NCBI GenBank assembly: GCA_009929845.1
Contig: RZZM01000020.1
Span: 1-28,442 of the forward strand
Origin: Spartobacteria bacterium
Lineage (GTDB): Bacteria > Verrucomicrobiota > Kiritimatiellia > RZYC01
DNA length: 28,442 nucleotides
Direction of reading: 5' to 3'
Numbering within the stretch: position 1 is the stretch's first letter; each line of letters opens with the position of its first letter. Positions 1 through 9,655 of the stretch are shown one piece after another. The translations under genes were made by a program, and so were the position numbers. The notes beneath the pieces were generated by a model. That model was not told where the DNA came from. It was given only the letters and a program-made list of their open reading frames with translations, and ran no database searches.

Positions 1-227
1 GTCGCATTGGTTGCCATTATGAGAAGGCTTATAATTGCCGCCAATTCAGCTGTGAAAAATCCTGATTTTGCACTTGCTGTTTAACACTGTTGCTCCCGCT
101 TGAGTGTCCGTTTTATTTTCCAAACGCCGTATCGATTCGGAGTCGGATGAATCAAAAAATAATCACCGCGATTACTTGCGAATCAATGAAATTCTCGTTC
201 TGCGGCTAATGTTTCGAGGTAAGGAGT

Positions 228-1463
228 TCAGATTTTGGCGAATGGAAGTGTCATAGATGGTTCCAGCAACACGATATCTGCTTCTGTGAGACCGGCCGCG
301 AGAAATGTTTCCTGCCAGGATTGTGCAATGCGCTTCTGCATCGCCGTTGTCAGGTTTTTGGCCTGTGCGGAAGTGAGATTGAAGACTGGAGCTACTGAGC
401 AAAGGTTGCTCAGTTTTGCCAATCGGCCTTGAGGTCCGATTCCCATGGCCAGAGAAAATTCTGTGCCGACGCCGGATCTCGTCAATGCAGGTACAACATC
501 ATATAAGGGCGACAACGATAACCCATCCTGTTCCATCAGAAAACCATGATTCCGTGGATGATCGTCGGTGTTGCGCACTAGAATATTAAACGCAATTCGC
601 GAAAAGAGTTCGTGAAGATCTGTATCTGGCTGTTTTGAGTGTCGTCGTATGCGGTCGGCTATGGTGCGGTAGGACCAGCGCTCTCTATCTCGTTCATCCC
701 ATTCAGCAAGACTTAATGCACTCATAAAACCAAGGCGACTCCAGCTACCCGAAATACTTGTCCGGTCAAAACGGCGAACGAGAAGCGCGTCCCTGGTTCC
801 AATGGTTAAGAGACGCAGCTCAGGAACAATCAACCCGCATTCTCTGGCTAATGTCATGGTGGCATATTCTACACGAGGGATATTGATTCCGTCATTGCGG
901 GAGGGGAACTTCGCTAACCATAGCTCATCGTCCATTTCCAGCGTGCATTTGGGTCGAGCACCGCCCAGGCTGCTGCCCTGTTCAAGGAGTACACGAATCT
1001 GTTCATCAACAGGGTGCCCCTGTTCAAGTTCTTCGGATGCCTTTAGCAGGTTGTCAATATCCTGAAATTGAGGGGGACTGAATGTTGGTTCTGGATCTTC
1101 AGGGGAAAAGCGAAAGTCAAGGTTCCCAACCCGTGTGGCATTGGCTTCCTGAAGGTAATCAATTTCTGTGATAGCTTCAATTGGACAGTGTAAGCGGGAC
1201 GCTATTACCAGGCGTCCCCAGTAATCCGGTGAGGCATCTCGAAAGGCCCCGTAGAGGCCCCCGTTGGAGGTTGCCGGCAGAAAGGGACCACCCAGTGGTA
1301 GCGCGGCACAATCAACCGCAAGCGCATTATGACGTTCAAGGTATCTGTGTCCGTATTGGAATGAACCGATACCTGACTGGGTGTCATAGTCGAATTTTCC
1401 GGCCGGAACGGCTTCAATAGACTCAGGTAAATAACAGAAAACAATAAGACTTGTAATCGACAT
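228..1463 (-). CDS. hipA: HipA-family serine/threonine kinase toxin (type II toxin-antitoxin)
   Basis: 411-aa ORF. Translation shows HipA hallmarks: phosphate-binding-type loop LGGARPKCTL, catalytic-loop-like NTDDHPRNHGFL (DxHxK/R-N), and LSPLYDVV (Mg-binding Asp region). The start shares one nucleotide with the stop of the upstream HTH gene (TGATG). Confidence 0.85.
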   Translation of the reverse strand: MSITSLIVFCYLPESIEAVPAGKFDYDTQSGIGSFQYGHRYLERHNALAVDCAALPLGGPFLPATSNGGLYGAFRDASPDYWGRLVIASRLHCPIEAITEIDYLQEANATRVGNLDFRFSPEDPEPTFSPPQFQDIDNLLKASEELEQGHPVDEQIRVLLEQGSSLGGARPKCTLEMDDELWLAKFPSRNDGINIPRVEYATMTLARECGLIVPELRLLTIGTRDALLVRRFDRTSISGSWSRLGFMSALSLAEWDERDRERWSYRTIADRIRRHSKQPDTDLHELFSRIAFNILVRNTDDHPRNHGFLMEQDGLSLSPLYDVVPALTRSGVGTEFSLAMGIGPQGRLAKLSNLCSVAPVFNLTSAQAKNLTTAMQKRIAQSWQETFLAAGLTEADIVLLEPSMTLPFAKI

Positions 1464-1789
1464 CAGAAATCAAGCTCCTTCTCTTTTTCTTGATGTACAT
1501 GTTTTGGTTGGCGTTTTTTCTCTAAATAAATGCCTGTTTTATCTGCTTCCGGAGCGGCCAACCCTTCCAGTGTTTTCCATAAGTCAAGCACCCACATACA
1601 GCTTAGAAATATCCCCAGGGCAACACCGGTAGAACCTTGCTCTAATCGAGAAATTGTGCGCCGTTCAACCCCGGTACGGGTTGCCAGCTCCTCTTTGCTC
1701 CATCGCCGCCGTACGCGAGCGGTCTGTATGCGTTCACCAAGGATACGAAGTTGCTTGTTAACTTCCTCTGGATATTTATAATGTCCCAT
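1463..1789 (-). CDS. hipB: HipB-like XRE-family helix-turn-helix antitoxin
   Basis: 108-aa ORF with an HTH segment KEELATRTGVERRTISRLEQG. It lies immediately upstream of hipA and is translationally coupled to it. An AT-rich promoter region sits upstream. Confidence 0.75.
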   Translation of the reverse strand: MGHYKYPEEVNKQLRILGERIQTARVRRRWSKEELATRTGVERRTISRLEQGSTGVALGIFLSCMWVLDLWKTLEGLAAPEADKTGIYLEKKRQPKHVHQEKEKELDF

Positions 1790-1819
1790 ATTTATGCCTT
1801 ATTTCACATTTTTGGAATA

Positions 1820-1847
1820 AATATAGTACAATATATGAAACTTGCAA
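1820..1847 (-). promoter_or_regulatory. candidate sigma70-like promoter for hipBA (TTGCAA-N16-TATATT read on minus strand)
   Basis: On the minus strand, a -35-like TTGCAA (plus 1842-1847) and a -10-like TATATT (plus 1820-1825) are separated by 16 nt. They lie about 25 nt upstream of the hipB ATG in an AT-rich island. This was found by eye and has not been scored. Confidence 0.3.
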
Positions 1848-2005
1848 GTTTTACTTACTCGAATCTGTCATTTCGCCAACAACAGCCAGGATGCCCAGGA
1901 GTTTGGTGTCTTCGCCAAGTGTAACGTTAACTTCCGCGAGGTAAGCCTCCGAGCCGATTGCGGGCGCATTGGTCAGAAGAAACGCCCCCGTGATTCGCCT
2001 CCCGG

Positions 2006-3379
2006 TCATTGGAGCCCTTCGATTTTTCCTGCGCCCTTGACGATGAACCAGACGAGCAGAAAGACCATGACGATCATGGCGGAAACGAACAGCATCTTTG
2101 TCCACTGTCCACCGAGATGCCGTCCGGACTTGAACTTCGGATTGCGCTCTTGTTCGCCCAGCGCATACCGGGTGGTCTGGATCGTCGGAACCGACTTCAC
2201 AACGGCGCTCACGTCATACATCGGGGCGCGGATTTCCTCGCCGCCATAAAGCACCGTGTAGCGCGCCAGTGGGTCGGGCAGGAAGACCACCTCGTAGACC
2301 AGTCCGGTGGCGATGACGCTATCGATCGCGAGTGAGGCGTTGTCCTGGTTAAAGACGGTGACCCTGTACTGCGCGAACCGCCGTTCACCATTCAGCGCCG
2401 CGGTAAGGTTGTCGTCTCTGAGATTTCCGATTTCGAATTTGTGGAGCGTGGTATCGGCCAGATTGCGCCATTCAGGTTTCGGCCCGCCCGGCGCGCCCTC
2501 GATGCGGAAACGGCGGCTGAAATTGCGGCTCGGTGTATCGAAACTGAAAGAGACCAGGGGCTGGCGATCGCTTTGAAAGGTCCAGATGGTCGCCTGCCGT
2601 TTCTCATCCGGCGCCATCGTCAATGCGCCGATCTCGCAGGCCGTGCGGAATGGCTCATCCGGTCGCGCGACAATCTTCTTCGCCTTAAGTTCGATATCTT
2701 CGATATGGATCGATTCATCCCGCATCCGGCGCCGCTCGACCTCACTGAATATCTGCCCCTCCCGCTTATCCGTGGTCACTTCAAAATCGTCCGCCGATTT
2801 TTGCTCGGTGAAGTTCGCGATATCGATCCGGAAGAACTCGAAATCCTGCCTGGGAATCTCGATCCGCGTATTTCTTACGTTGATGAAGCGCGAGTAGTCG
2901 TATATTTCCACATCGCGCACGATCTCGACCCATTGCCCGGGGCTGTGTCCGCCGTACACGGAAACAAACTTCTCGAAATTCCGATTCCCGGTCTTGAGCA
3001 GGAGCGCCTCCGGCGCCTTTTCCCCCTCGCCTTTCTGTACGAGGATGCCGGCGATATTGTCGTCGTCCCGTTCAAAGTCGAGTATCCTGGATGAAATGGC
3101 CGATTCGACTATCTGTGTAACCGTGTGAACCTTCTTTCTTAAATAGAACGGCACTTCAGCCCCGTTTTCATCGATCAGGCGGACATTCGCATAGGACCCG
3201 TCGGTCGATGCATACATATCATTATCCAGCAGAAACGAGCCGACTTCCCCCACGGTTACGTCGGGCACTTGCAGTTCCTTCTGATACGGAAACCGCCTGA
3301 CATCGATACGCGCATACGCCATCGTGGTAAAAGCCGTCACCATCAGTCCGACAAAAAAGATACGTTTCAGACGGCTCAT
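2006..3379 (-). CDS. DUF3999-like exported/membrane-anchored protein (conserved partner of DUF2339)
   Basis: The in-frame ATG at 3379 gives 457 aa. The N-terminus MSRLKRIFFVGLMVTAFTTMAYA looks like a signal peptide, and the C-terminus has a TM helix MLFVSAMIVMVFLLVWFIV. The ATG overlaps the TGA of the upstream gene (ATGA coupling). The longer ORF-track start at 3598 runs into the upstream gene and is rejected. The family assignment comes from recalled architecture and neighbourhood, not from a search. Confidence 0.5.
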   Translation of the reverse strand: MSRLKRIFFVGLMVTAFTTMAYARIDVRRFPYQKELQVPDVTVGEVGSFLLDNDMYASTDGSYANVRLIDENGAEVPFYLRKKVHTVTQIVESAISSRILDFERDDDNIAGILVQKGEGEKAPEALLLKTGNRNFEKFVSVYGGHSPGQWVEIVRDVEIYDYSRFINVRNTRIEIPRQDFEFFRIDIANFTEQKSADDFEVTTDKREGQIFSEVERRRMRDESIHIEDIELKAKKIVARPDEPFRTACEIGALTMAPDEKRQATIWTFQSDRQPLVSFSFDTPSRNFSRRFRIEGAPGGPKPEWRNLADTTLHKFEIGNLRDDNLTAALNGERRFAQYRVTVFNQDNASLAIDSVIATGLVYEVVFLPDPLARYTVLYGGEEIRAPMYDVSAVVKSVPTIQTTRYALGEQERNPKFKSGRHLGGQWTKMLFVSAMIVMVFLLVWFIVKGAGKIEGLQ

Positions 3380-5787
3380 GAGTCCTCCTCCCGCGCAAAT
3401 TTCGGCGCCGCTTTCAGATAGGCGAACGCGCCTATCAGGAGTGCCACGCCAACGATCAGGAAGGCCACAACACGGTAGATGGCTAGCGTTCCCTCCAGGT
3501 CCACCAGGAACACCTTGCCGACTACAATGGCGAAAAGCGCCAGTCCCGCAAGTCGCAGGGGGCGCAGGTTCTTCCCTATGCCGCCTCCGACAAAGCAAAC
3601 GGCAAACAGCGCCCAGAGTACCGAGATCCCTCCCGCCTGGAACGCCGGAAGTTTCCAGTACAGGAAGGCATTCAGTTCCAGCGTGCTGTAGGCGAAGAGC
3701 ATGAACAATCCGCCATAGCCATAGAGAGGCGCCATGGCTTCACCCTCTTCACGGCGTCGGAGCAGATGCCAGGCCAGCAGGAGCATGAAGAGAACGACGC
3801 CGAAATCGAGCAGTCGGGCCATGACATACGCGGCCCCGTATTCGATGAGCAACACGCCATGCGCATTCGGCTGCCACGAATACAGGTCGATGAGGAATAT
3901 CTTGAGCGCCGCGAATCCGAGAAAGAAGCTGGCCGCCATCATGTTCAACCAATCATCCGTATGGATGTAGCGCATCAGGAAATAGGCCCCCATGGCGCAC
4001 CAGACGACCGTGAGCATCGGAAGGCGCCACGCCATGTGGAACTTGAAGAAGGCATTAACCTCCAACTGGAGATATACAAAAAGGATGATGATGCCGGCCC
4101 AGTAGAAGATGGCCCGGAGCAGACTCGGCCGACCGACAACGGCGTCTTCCTCCGTTTTCGCTTCCGTCAGCCTCCGCCGCTTCTCCAGAAAGAACGCGCA
4201 GAATACGGAGGCAATGCTCATCCCGAAGGTCCACAACCGGTCAGACATTTGCGAAAGATAAACCTTGTAGGTTCCCACCCCACCTGATCGTGGATTCGGG
4301 AAGTTGCGGTACATATCAATGGTAGCCAGTTTGAAAAACACGACCCCATAGAGGAAATACGACAGACTGCGCAGGAAAGGACTGCCCAACTTCCCGCTCA
4401 ACCAGAGGAATAAAAACGCCAACAGCGCCCAACTCATGGTGAGCGACTCTTTTTCCAATACCAGCGGCATCGTCAACGAGGTATAGAAGCCGGCCAGCGC
4501 AACCAGCGCGATCAGCAGGGTCCGATCCCCGCGTTTCGCCTTAAGAAACGCGAAGACATGAGCGATGAAGAACACCGCCAGCGCGGTGGTGAGTATGGAC
4601 GGCCACGGACGCCCGTGCGTATAACGGATCACGCCATAGGCCAACAGAGAGAAGATGAACGCATTGGCGACAAGATAAATGATCTCGAGGATCGTGACCT
4701 TCTCATCACGCGCCACGTTGTACCAGTACACGATGGACGTGTGCAGGGCGAACAGGAGCGACATCAGCGTGATGACGACAGGAAAGTCCGTCTTCTCGAA
4801 ACCAAACAGCGAGGCACAAATCATCAGCCACGTCAGCGCGAAGCCCAGATAATTCAAAAGGCGCCACGGTTTGAAATGCGAGAGGGCAAGAATGCCCCCG
4901 CCGAGTATAAAGAGGTAGGAATAGAGCACGAGGAAGTTTGCTTCGCCTGTGCTCAGCAGAATAGGGGTGCTGAAACCGCCAATGATGCCAAGGATCGCGA
5001 TCAACATGGAATCCGTGCGCACGGCCAGCAAACCTGCCGTAATCGTGATAAGGATCATCATCACAAAAGCCGACCAGATGGGGATCAGTTCGAACTGCGG
5101 CCCCGCCGCATACATGCTGTAGTAGAGGATAGCCAGGCCGCCTCCGATGAAGCCTTGCCCCATCAGGTGATACTTCTTCCCCAGCAGGCGATAGCCCCAT
5201 ATCAAGAGCCCCACACCCGCGATAATCGCCATACCGGTCCGTCCCATCGGCCCGATCAGATCACGCTCGATCGACCATTTGAGAAAATAGGCGACACACG
5301 CCACGATGACAATAATGCCGGCGCGAAGCAGCCATGTGCTCGCCACCGCGAACTCGACGCTGACGCCTTCCTTTCGGTACTCATCACCCACCAGAATCCA
5401 CTCCCAAATCCGCCCGAGAATTCCCGCGACCTTCGAAGGTTCCCGCGGCGCTTTTGCTGTGGATATTGCGGGTGCGGACGCGCGGGCCGTTTCCACATGG
5501 GGCTTCGGTTGAGTCGGGAGCGGCGGTGGCGCGACCACAGAAGGTCGCGCCGACTCATCCGACTTCATCGGCGCCGGCTCCTGCCAGACCTCCTTCATCT
5601 CTTCCCGCTCAGCGGCCGGGGATGGTTCTGCCGCTCTCGGGGTTGGCTGTGAAGCTATGATCTTCTTCAACTGATAGTTGAGCGATTTTTGATCGTTCTG
5701 CATCTCGTTGATCCGGCGCGCAATAGAAGAGAGCTGCAGCAGGGTAATGATCGCCAGCACCAACAGTATCGCGAGAAAGAGTTCCAT
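3376..5787 (-). CDS. DUF2339-like large polytopic membrane protein
   Basis: 803 aa. The N-terminus has a hydrophobic helix, a coiled-coil-like segment and a Pro-rich linker (PPPLPTQPKP), followed by more than 15 hydrophobic TM-like segments. GAGG lies 6 nt upstream of the ATG. The stop overlaps the start of the downstream DUF3999-like gene. Confidence 0.55.
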   Translation of the reverse strand: MELFLAILLVLAIITLLQLSSIARRINEMQNDQKSLNYQLKKIIASQPTPRAAEPSPAAEREEMKEVWQEPAPMKSDESARPSVVAPPPLPTQPKPHVETARASAPAISTAKAPREPSKVAGILGRIWEWILVGDEYRKEGVSVEFAVASTWLLRAGIIVIVACVAYFLKWSIERDLIGPMGRTGMAIIAGVGLLIWGYRLLGKKYHLMGQGFIGGGLAILYYSMYAAGPQFELIPIWSAFVMMILITITAGLLAVRTDSMLIAILGIIGGFSTPILLSTGEANFLVLYSYLFILGGGILALSHFKPWRLLNYLGFALTWLMICASLFGFEKTDFPVVITLMSLLFALHTSIVYWYNVARDEKVTILEIIYLVANAFIFSLLAYGVIRYTHGRPWPSILTTALAVFFIAHVFAFLKAKRGDRTLLIALVALAGFYTSLTMPLVLEKESLTMSWALLAFLFLWLSGKLGSPFLRSLSYFLYGVVFFKLATIDMYRNFPNPRSGGVGTYKVYLSQMSDRLWTFGMSIASVFCAFFLEKRRRLTEAKTEEDAVVGRPSLLRAIFYWAGIIILFVYLQLEVNAFFKFHMAWRLPMLTVVWCAMGAYFLMRYIHTDDWLNMMAASFFLGFAALKIFLIDLYSWQPNAHGVLLIEYGAAYVMARLLDFGVVLFMLLLAWHLLRRREEGEAMAPLYGYGGLFMLFAYSTLELNAFLYWKLPAFQAGGISVLWALFAVCFVGGGIGKNLRPLRLAGLALFAIVVGKVFLVDLEGTLAIYRVVAFLIVGVALLIGAFAYLKAAPKFAREEDS

Positions 5788-6092
5788 GTCCGACCTCGTT
5801 AATTGACGAGAAATCGCTTTTCAGGCAGCACGGGTACCCACTCGTTGATACTGGTCTGAAATAGTGTCTTCACGGGTAGAAGGTAGCGGAGTGAGAGGGA
5901 ACGGGTCAAGAAAACTCCGGGTAAACGGGAAAGTGAATTCTACGTTCTGACGACCTGCTTCGTTGGTCCTGGGTGTACCCGCGCTGTTTGAAAAGCGATG
6001 GCACCAAGTGAGAGGGAAAACCCTCTCTTTCATCCCCGCGTCTTTCTCCTAATATTGAACACAACAGAAGGAAGCAGGCGCAAACTTTTATT

Positions 6093-9017
6093 TTGGAAAC
6101 GCCCGTCCGTCAAACGACGGAAAGCATATACACGCTCTGTTTTGAGAATGCCACGACGGGGCTCACTGTGCGCGCATCCGCCAACGTGTACACCAATGGG
6201 CGCAGCCATAACGCCAACTATGACTATAACTTCAGCACCTACGTGCTGGACAGCGATTGGTCGGAAGAGATGTATCGCGACACCAACTTCACCGCTTCAT
6301 GTACGATCATCAGCAACGAGGCGCAACTGGCGCAGTTCGCCTGGCTGGTGAACAGCAGTAATACATTCGCGGGACAAACCATCACCCTGGTTGCGAATCT
6401 GAATGTTTCCGCCCATTACTGGATACCGGTCGGCGCCCCTTTAGCGCGTTTTAACGGGGCCTTCGATGGCGGCAGCCATACCATACACGGAATCGTTATT
6501 GCGGCCCCCGATGCGGATTATCAGGGGCTGTTTGGCTATGCGCATGGCGGAAGCATTCGCGACCTGACATTAGCAAATGTCGATATTGCCGGGCGGGACT
6601 ATGTTGGCGGCATGTGCGGTTTCTCGTGCGCGCGGCTGAACGGCATTTCGTCGGGGGGCTCCATCACAGGAAGAACGTATGTGGGTGGATTGGTCGGCAG
6701 GGCAGAAAGCAATATGGCGAATTGCGCAAACAGCAGTGTCGTTCAAGGGGGCGCCGCCGTGGGCGGCATCGTTGGCGAGATGACGGGGTCTCTGGAGGGC
6801 TGCGCCAATTCCGGGGCTGTCACCAGCGGGTGGAATGGAGGGGGACTTGCATCCGTCATGTTTGGCGGCGTTATTCAAAACTGCACCAACAGCGGAATAG
6901 TGAGCGGGAACTACATCGGCGGCATCGTCGGCGACCTGTCAGCGACCGGCATGGTTCAGCATTGCGTGAACAGCGGAACCCTTCAGGGTAGCGGCGCCTA
7001 CAGTGTGGCCGGGGGCATCGGGGTATCGGTGAAAGGCGATGTTCAGAACTGCGTCAACAGCGGAGCGATCAGCGGAAACAGCGCAGCGGGTATGGTCGCC
7101 TGGCCCGAGGGAACCATACAGGACTGCGTCAATAGCGGCGCAATCAGCGGGGTGCTCGATGAAGCCGAGCACTACAGCCATGCCGGAAGCATCGCGGCAG
7201 ATGTCTGGGATGGAACGATACAAAATTGCGCCAACAGTGGCCCCGTCAGCGGTGGCCATACCAACAGCCTGGTTGGCGGCATCGTGGGGTGGAACGAGCC
7301 CGTCTACGACGATGGGGAGGACTATTACCCTGGCGGAACGATTCAGAACTGCGCCAATAGTGGCGCCGTCAGTGGCTTGGGCCTACTGGGCGGACTGGTG
7401 GGAAAGAACGGCGGCACGATCTCCAACAGCTACTGGAAGCAAACCGGAATGGCGCCTTTTACGCTCGGCGCAACAGGCCAGAATGACGGCATCGTGACAA
7501 ACGCCCAGTCCTTTGCCGCGGCGCCCGGCACCCTGACCGCGCCTGTTGCAGCAGGCCATACAACAACCGACAAGCTCTCGGCGGCCTTGAACGCCTGGAT
7601 GCTCGAAGCTCGCCTCGCAGACACAGCGGCCTTGCGGCGCTGGACCGTCGGATCGGCCAGCGTCTATCCGACACTCATCGACAGCTTCTGGTCGGACGAA
7701 GGCAACTACACGACCAACTGGTACACGGCAGCGGAAACCAACTTCACCATCGGAACGCCGGAAGAACTGGCGGGACTTGCCGTCCTGGTGAATACGGGCA
7801 TCGACGACTTTGGCACAAAGCAGGTTACTCTTTCGGCGGACATTGAGCTGGGCAACCGCGAGTGGACCCCGGTTGGCTCTATGACTGGCGCATTCGGGGG
7901 GGATTTCAACGGCAATGGCAAAAAGGTATCCGGGGTCTATGTGGATACACCGAACGGGGAATTCGTGGGCCTATTTGGTGCGGTGGCTCACGGTCATGTC
8001 TTTAATCTCGCGATTCAGGACATCGATATTTCCGGCGTTTATGCCGGAGGTGTGGCCGGCGTTTCTTTTTTCGCGCAACTCATCAATAACTCGGTCTCCG
8101 GTTATATCGCCGGCGACTTCGCAGGCGGCGGGATCGTCGGCGTCTATGGCGCGGAAGCCACGGGCCTTGGTTTCATAGGCAACTGCTGGAGTGATGCCCT
8201 TGTTTCCGGCGATGTTTGCGCGGGAGGACTCTCGGGCTGCGACGGATGGATGGGCGAAAATACACCGGTAGGGTTCTTCAGCTATTGGAAGAACACGGGC
8301 GCAGCCCCCTACAATCTGCCCGGTGACGGAGGAAGCGGAGTTAACTCGTTCTGTTACTGTTTTGAGGAGCCCCCGGGGTTGCTGGACAGCGCTGGATCGC
8401 CGGCCCTGTCGGAATCTCTGAACAACTTCGTCATGAACGATCTCTACCCGGAACTATCCAGAGAACTGTACGGATGGACGGCAGGGTCCACCTCCAGCTA
8501 TCCCGTAATGATCCCGCTCATCCAAATCGATGGCGCCTACATCCCGCCGCAGACACTGGATGACAGCTTCATGGCCGGCATGGACCTGGCGGGGGTGGAT
8601 GCCACGGTATCTATCTTTACCAACGCGCATCCGGGTACCGATACGGCTTCTTTCGAGGCCCTGATGGAGCAAGCCGAAATGATGGGCGTTACATTTTACG
8701 AGCTGTCGGTGGACAATGCGGTTTTGGATTTTGAACCCACACTGGTCGTCACAGCCACCGACCCGTTCGCCTGGACGCTGGATTTTGCGGTCGGCAACGG
8801 CATCGATGAAACCGCGGTTGCGGCGATGAACCGCCTGGCGGCATCGAGATCCAAAACGTCAAGCGTTTTTCAATTTGATCTGTTGAGTGATGGCGAGACG
8901 CCCCTCCCTACCCTGGCTGAATATCACACCAACGGGACCGCCACGGTCTCCTTCACACCCGTTGCCCCGAACGACGTCATGGTTTTCAAGATGAAACTCA
9001 GCCATGAAAACGAGTAA
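6093..9017 (+). CDS. large GLUG-motif repeat protein (surface protein / adhesin-like), 974 aa
   Basis: Two copies of the module [LA.LVN.....G.T..L.A......W.P.G....F.G.FDG.GH.I.G] are present. Each copy is followed by many repeats of the form (I/V)QNC(A/V)NSG.(V/I)SG and G.VGGIVG, which is typical of GLUG-domain proteins. The first in-frame start is TTG at 6093. No N-terminal signal peptide is visible, so the true start is uncertain. Confidence 0.65.
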   Translation: METPVRQTTESIYTLCFENATTGLTVRASANVYTNGRSHNANYDYNFSTYVLDSDWSEEMYRDTNFTASCTIISNEAQLAQFAWLVNSSNTFAGQTITLVANLNVSAHYWIPVGAPLARFNGAFDGGSHTIHGIVIAAPDADYQGLFGYAHGGSIRDLTLANVDIAGRDYVGGMCGFSCARLNGISSGGSITGRTYVGGLVGRAESNMANCANSSVVQGGAAVGGIVGEMTGSLEGCANSGAVTSGWNGGGLASVMFGGVIQNCTNSGIVSGNYIGGIVGDLSATGMVQHCVNSGTLQGSGAYSVAGGIGVSVKGDVQNCVNSGAISGNSAAGMVAWPEGTIQDCVNSGAISGVLDEAEHYSHAGSIAADVWDGTIQNCANSGPVSGGHTNSLVGGIVGWNEPVYDDGEDYYPGGTIQNCANSGAVSGLGLLGGLVGKNGGTISNSYWKQTGMAPFTLGATGQNDGIVTNAQSFAAAPGTLTAPVAAGHTTTDKLSAALNAWMLEARLADTAALRRWTVGSASVYPTLIDSFWSDEGNYTTNWYTAAETNFTIGTPEELAGLAVLVNTGIDDFGTKQVTLSADIELGNREWTPVGSMTGAFGGDFNGNGKKVSGVYVDTPNGEFVGLFGAVAHGHVFNLAIQDIDISGVYAGGVAGVSFFAQLINNSVSGYIAGDFAGGGIVGVYGAEATGLGFIGNCWSDALVSGDVCAGGLSGCDGWMGENTPVGFFSYWKNTGAAPYNLPGDGGSGVNSFCYCFEEPPGLLDSAGSPALSESLNNFVMNDLYPELSRELYGWTAGSTSSYPVMIPLIQIDGAYIPPQTLDDSFMAGMDLAGVDATVSIFTNAHPGTDTASFEALMEQAEMMGVTFYELSVDNAVLDFEPTLVVTATDPFAWTLDFAVGNGIDETAVAAMNRLAASRSKTSSVFQFDLLSDGETPLPTLAEYHTNGTATVSFTPVAPNDVMVFKMKLSHENE

Positions 9018-9169
9018 TACGGATCATCATCCGCCAGATAGGCCATGATGGCGGCTTTCCGGGGATGCGCGTGTATCCATTCGCGCATGTCGAAAAGCCT
9101 TTTTTAGGCTTCTCTATCCCCAGCAATCATGCAAAAAATATAAAAAATCGTTACTGTCGGAGCAGGTAG

Positions 9170-9499
9170 ATGGCTGAATACGCAGAATGGACTCGTAAAG
9201 GTGCAACGCTGAGCGATATGACGGCCCAGAAGGAATTCGGTGTGAGCCGGGATTTTATTATAAAGGGCATCACATCTGGCAAACTTGAATACCGTGAAAG
9301 CTCAATATGGGGAAATCCATATTTGCGGCTCTTGCGAAGTCAGCTTGAGCGCTATATCGCTGAAGAGCTTGGTTCTTCCTGTGTGGAAACAGGAAAGAGG
9401 CAGACAGAATTGCGCAAGATCAAGAAGGAGATTTCTCTTCTGACAAAAAAACTGAAGGAACTTCAGATACGTAAATCAGAAATTGAAGCAATGATATAA
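9170..9499 (+). CDS. hypothetical small protein (109 aa) with C-terminal coiled coil, low-GC
   Basis: ATG with GGAG about 10 nt upstream. The C-terminus is a Lys/Glu-rich heptad-like segment (KIKKEISLLTKKLKELQIRKSEIEAMI). GC is about 45 percent against about 60-65 percent in the neighbouring genes. No family was recognised. Confidence 0.4.
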   Translation: MAEYAEWTRKGATLSDMTAQKEFGVSRDFIIKGITSGKLEYRESSIWGNPYLRLLRSQLERYIAEELGSSCVETGKRQTELRKIKKEISLLTKKLKELQIRKSEIEAMI

Positions 9500-9616
9500 C
9501 TACTGGAATTTCCAGGGACAGAGAAGGTGGTCTGAAGTTTCCGGGTGGCGCGCGAGATGGCATCACGCGTACGGAGGTTCCGCTAACGCTCCACCTCCGC
9601 CGGTGATACTGACGTT

Positions 9617-9655
9617 GGTCTCTTTGGTGCGGTGGCTCACGGTCGTGTCTTTAAT
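9617..9655 (+). repeat. remnant copy of an internal segment of the GLUG gene (matches 7968-8006)
   Basis: ggtctctttggtgcggtggctcacggtcgtgtctttaat matches ggcctatttggtgcggtggctcacggtcatgtctttaat with 3 mismatches in 39 nt. It would encode GLFGAVAHGRVFN followed by a stop. Confidence 0.6.

Noticed and set aside
1842-2249. ORFs on both strands (135 aa plus strand, 84 aa minus strand) between hipB and the DUF3999-like gene.
   Set aside because: They overlap the 3' end of the DUF3999-like gene and its 3' UTR. No RBS is present, and the sequences are low-complexity Arg/Pro-rich.
2006-3598. Longer 530-aa version of the DUF3999-like ORF starting at 3598.
   Set aside because: The extra 73 codons overlap the upstream DUF2339-like gene and precede the signal peptide. 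The ATG at 3379 is coupled to the upstream stop and gives a proper N-terminal signal sequence.
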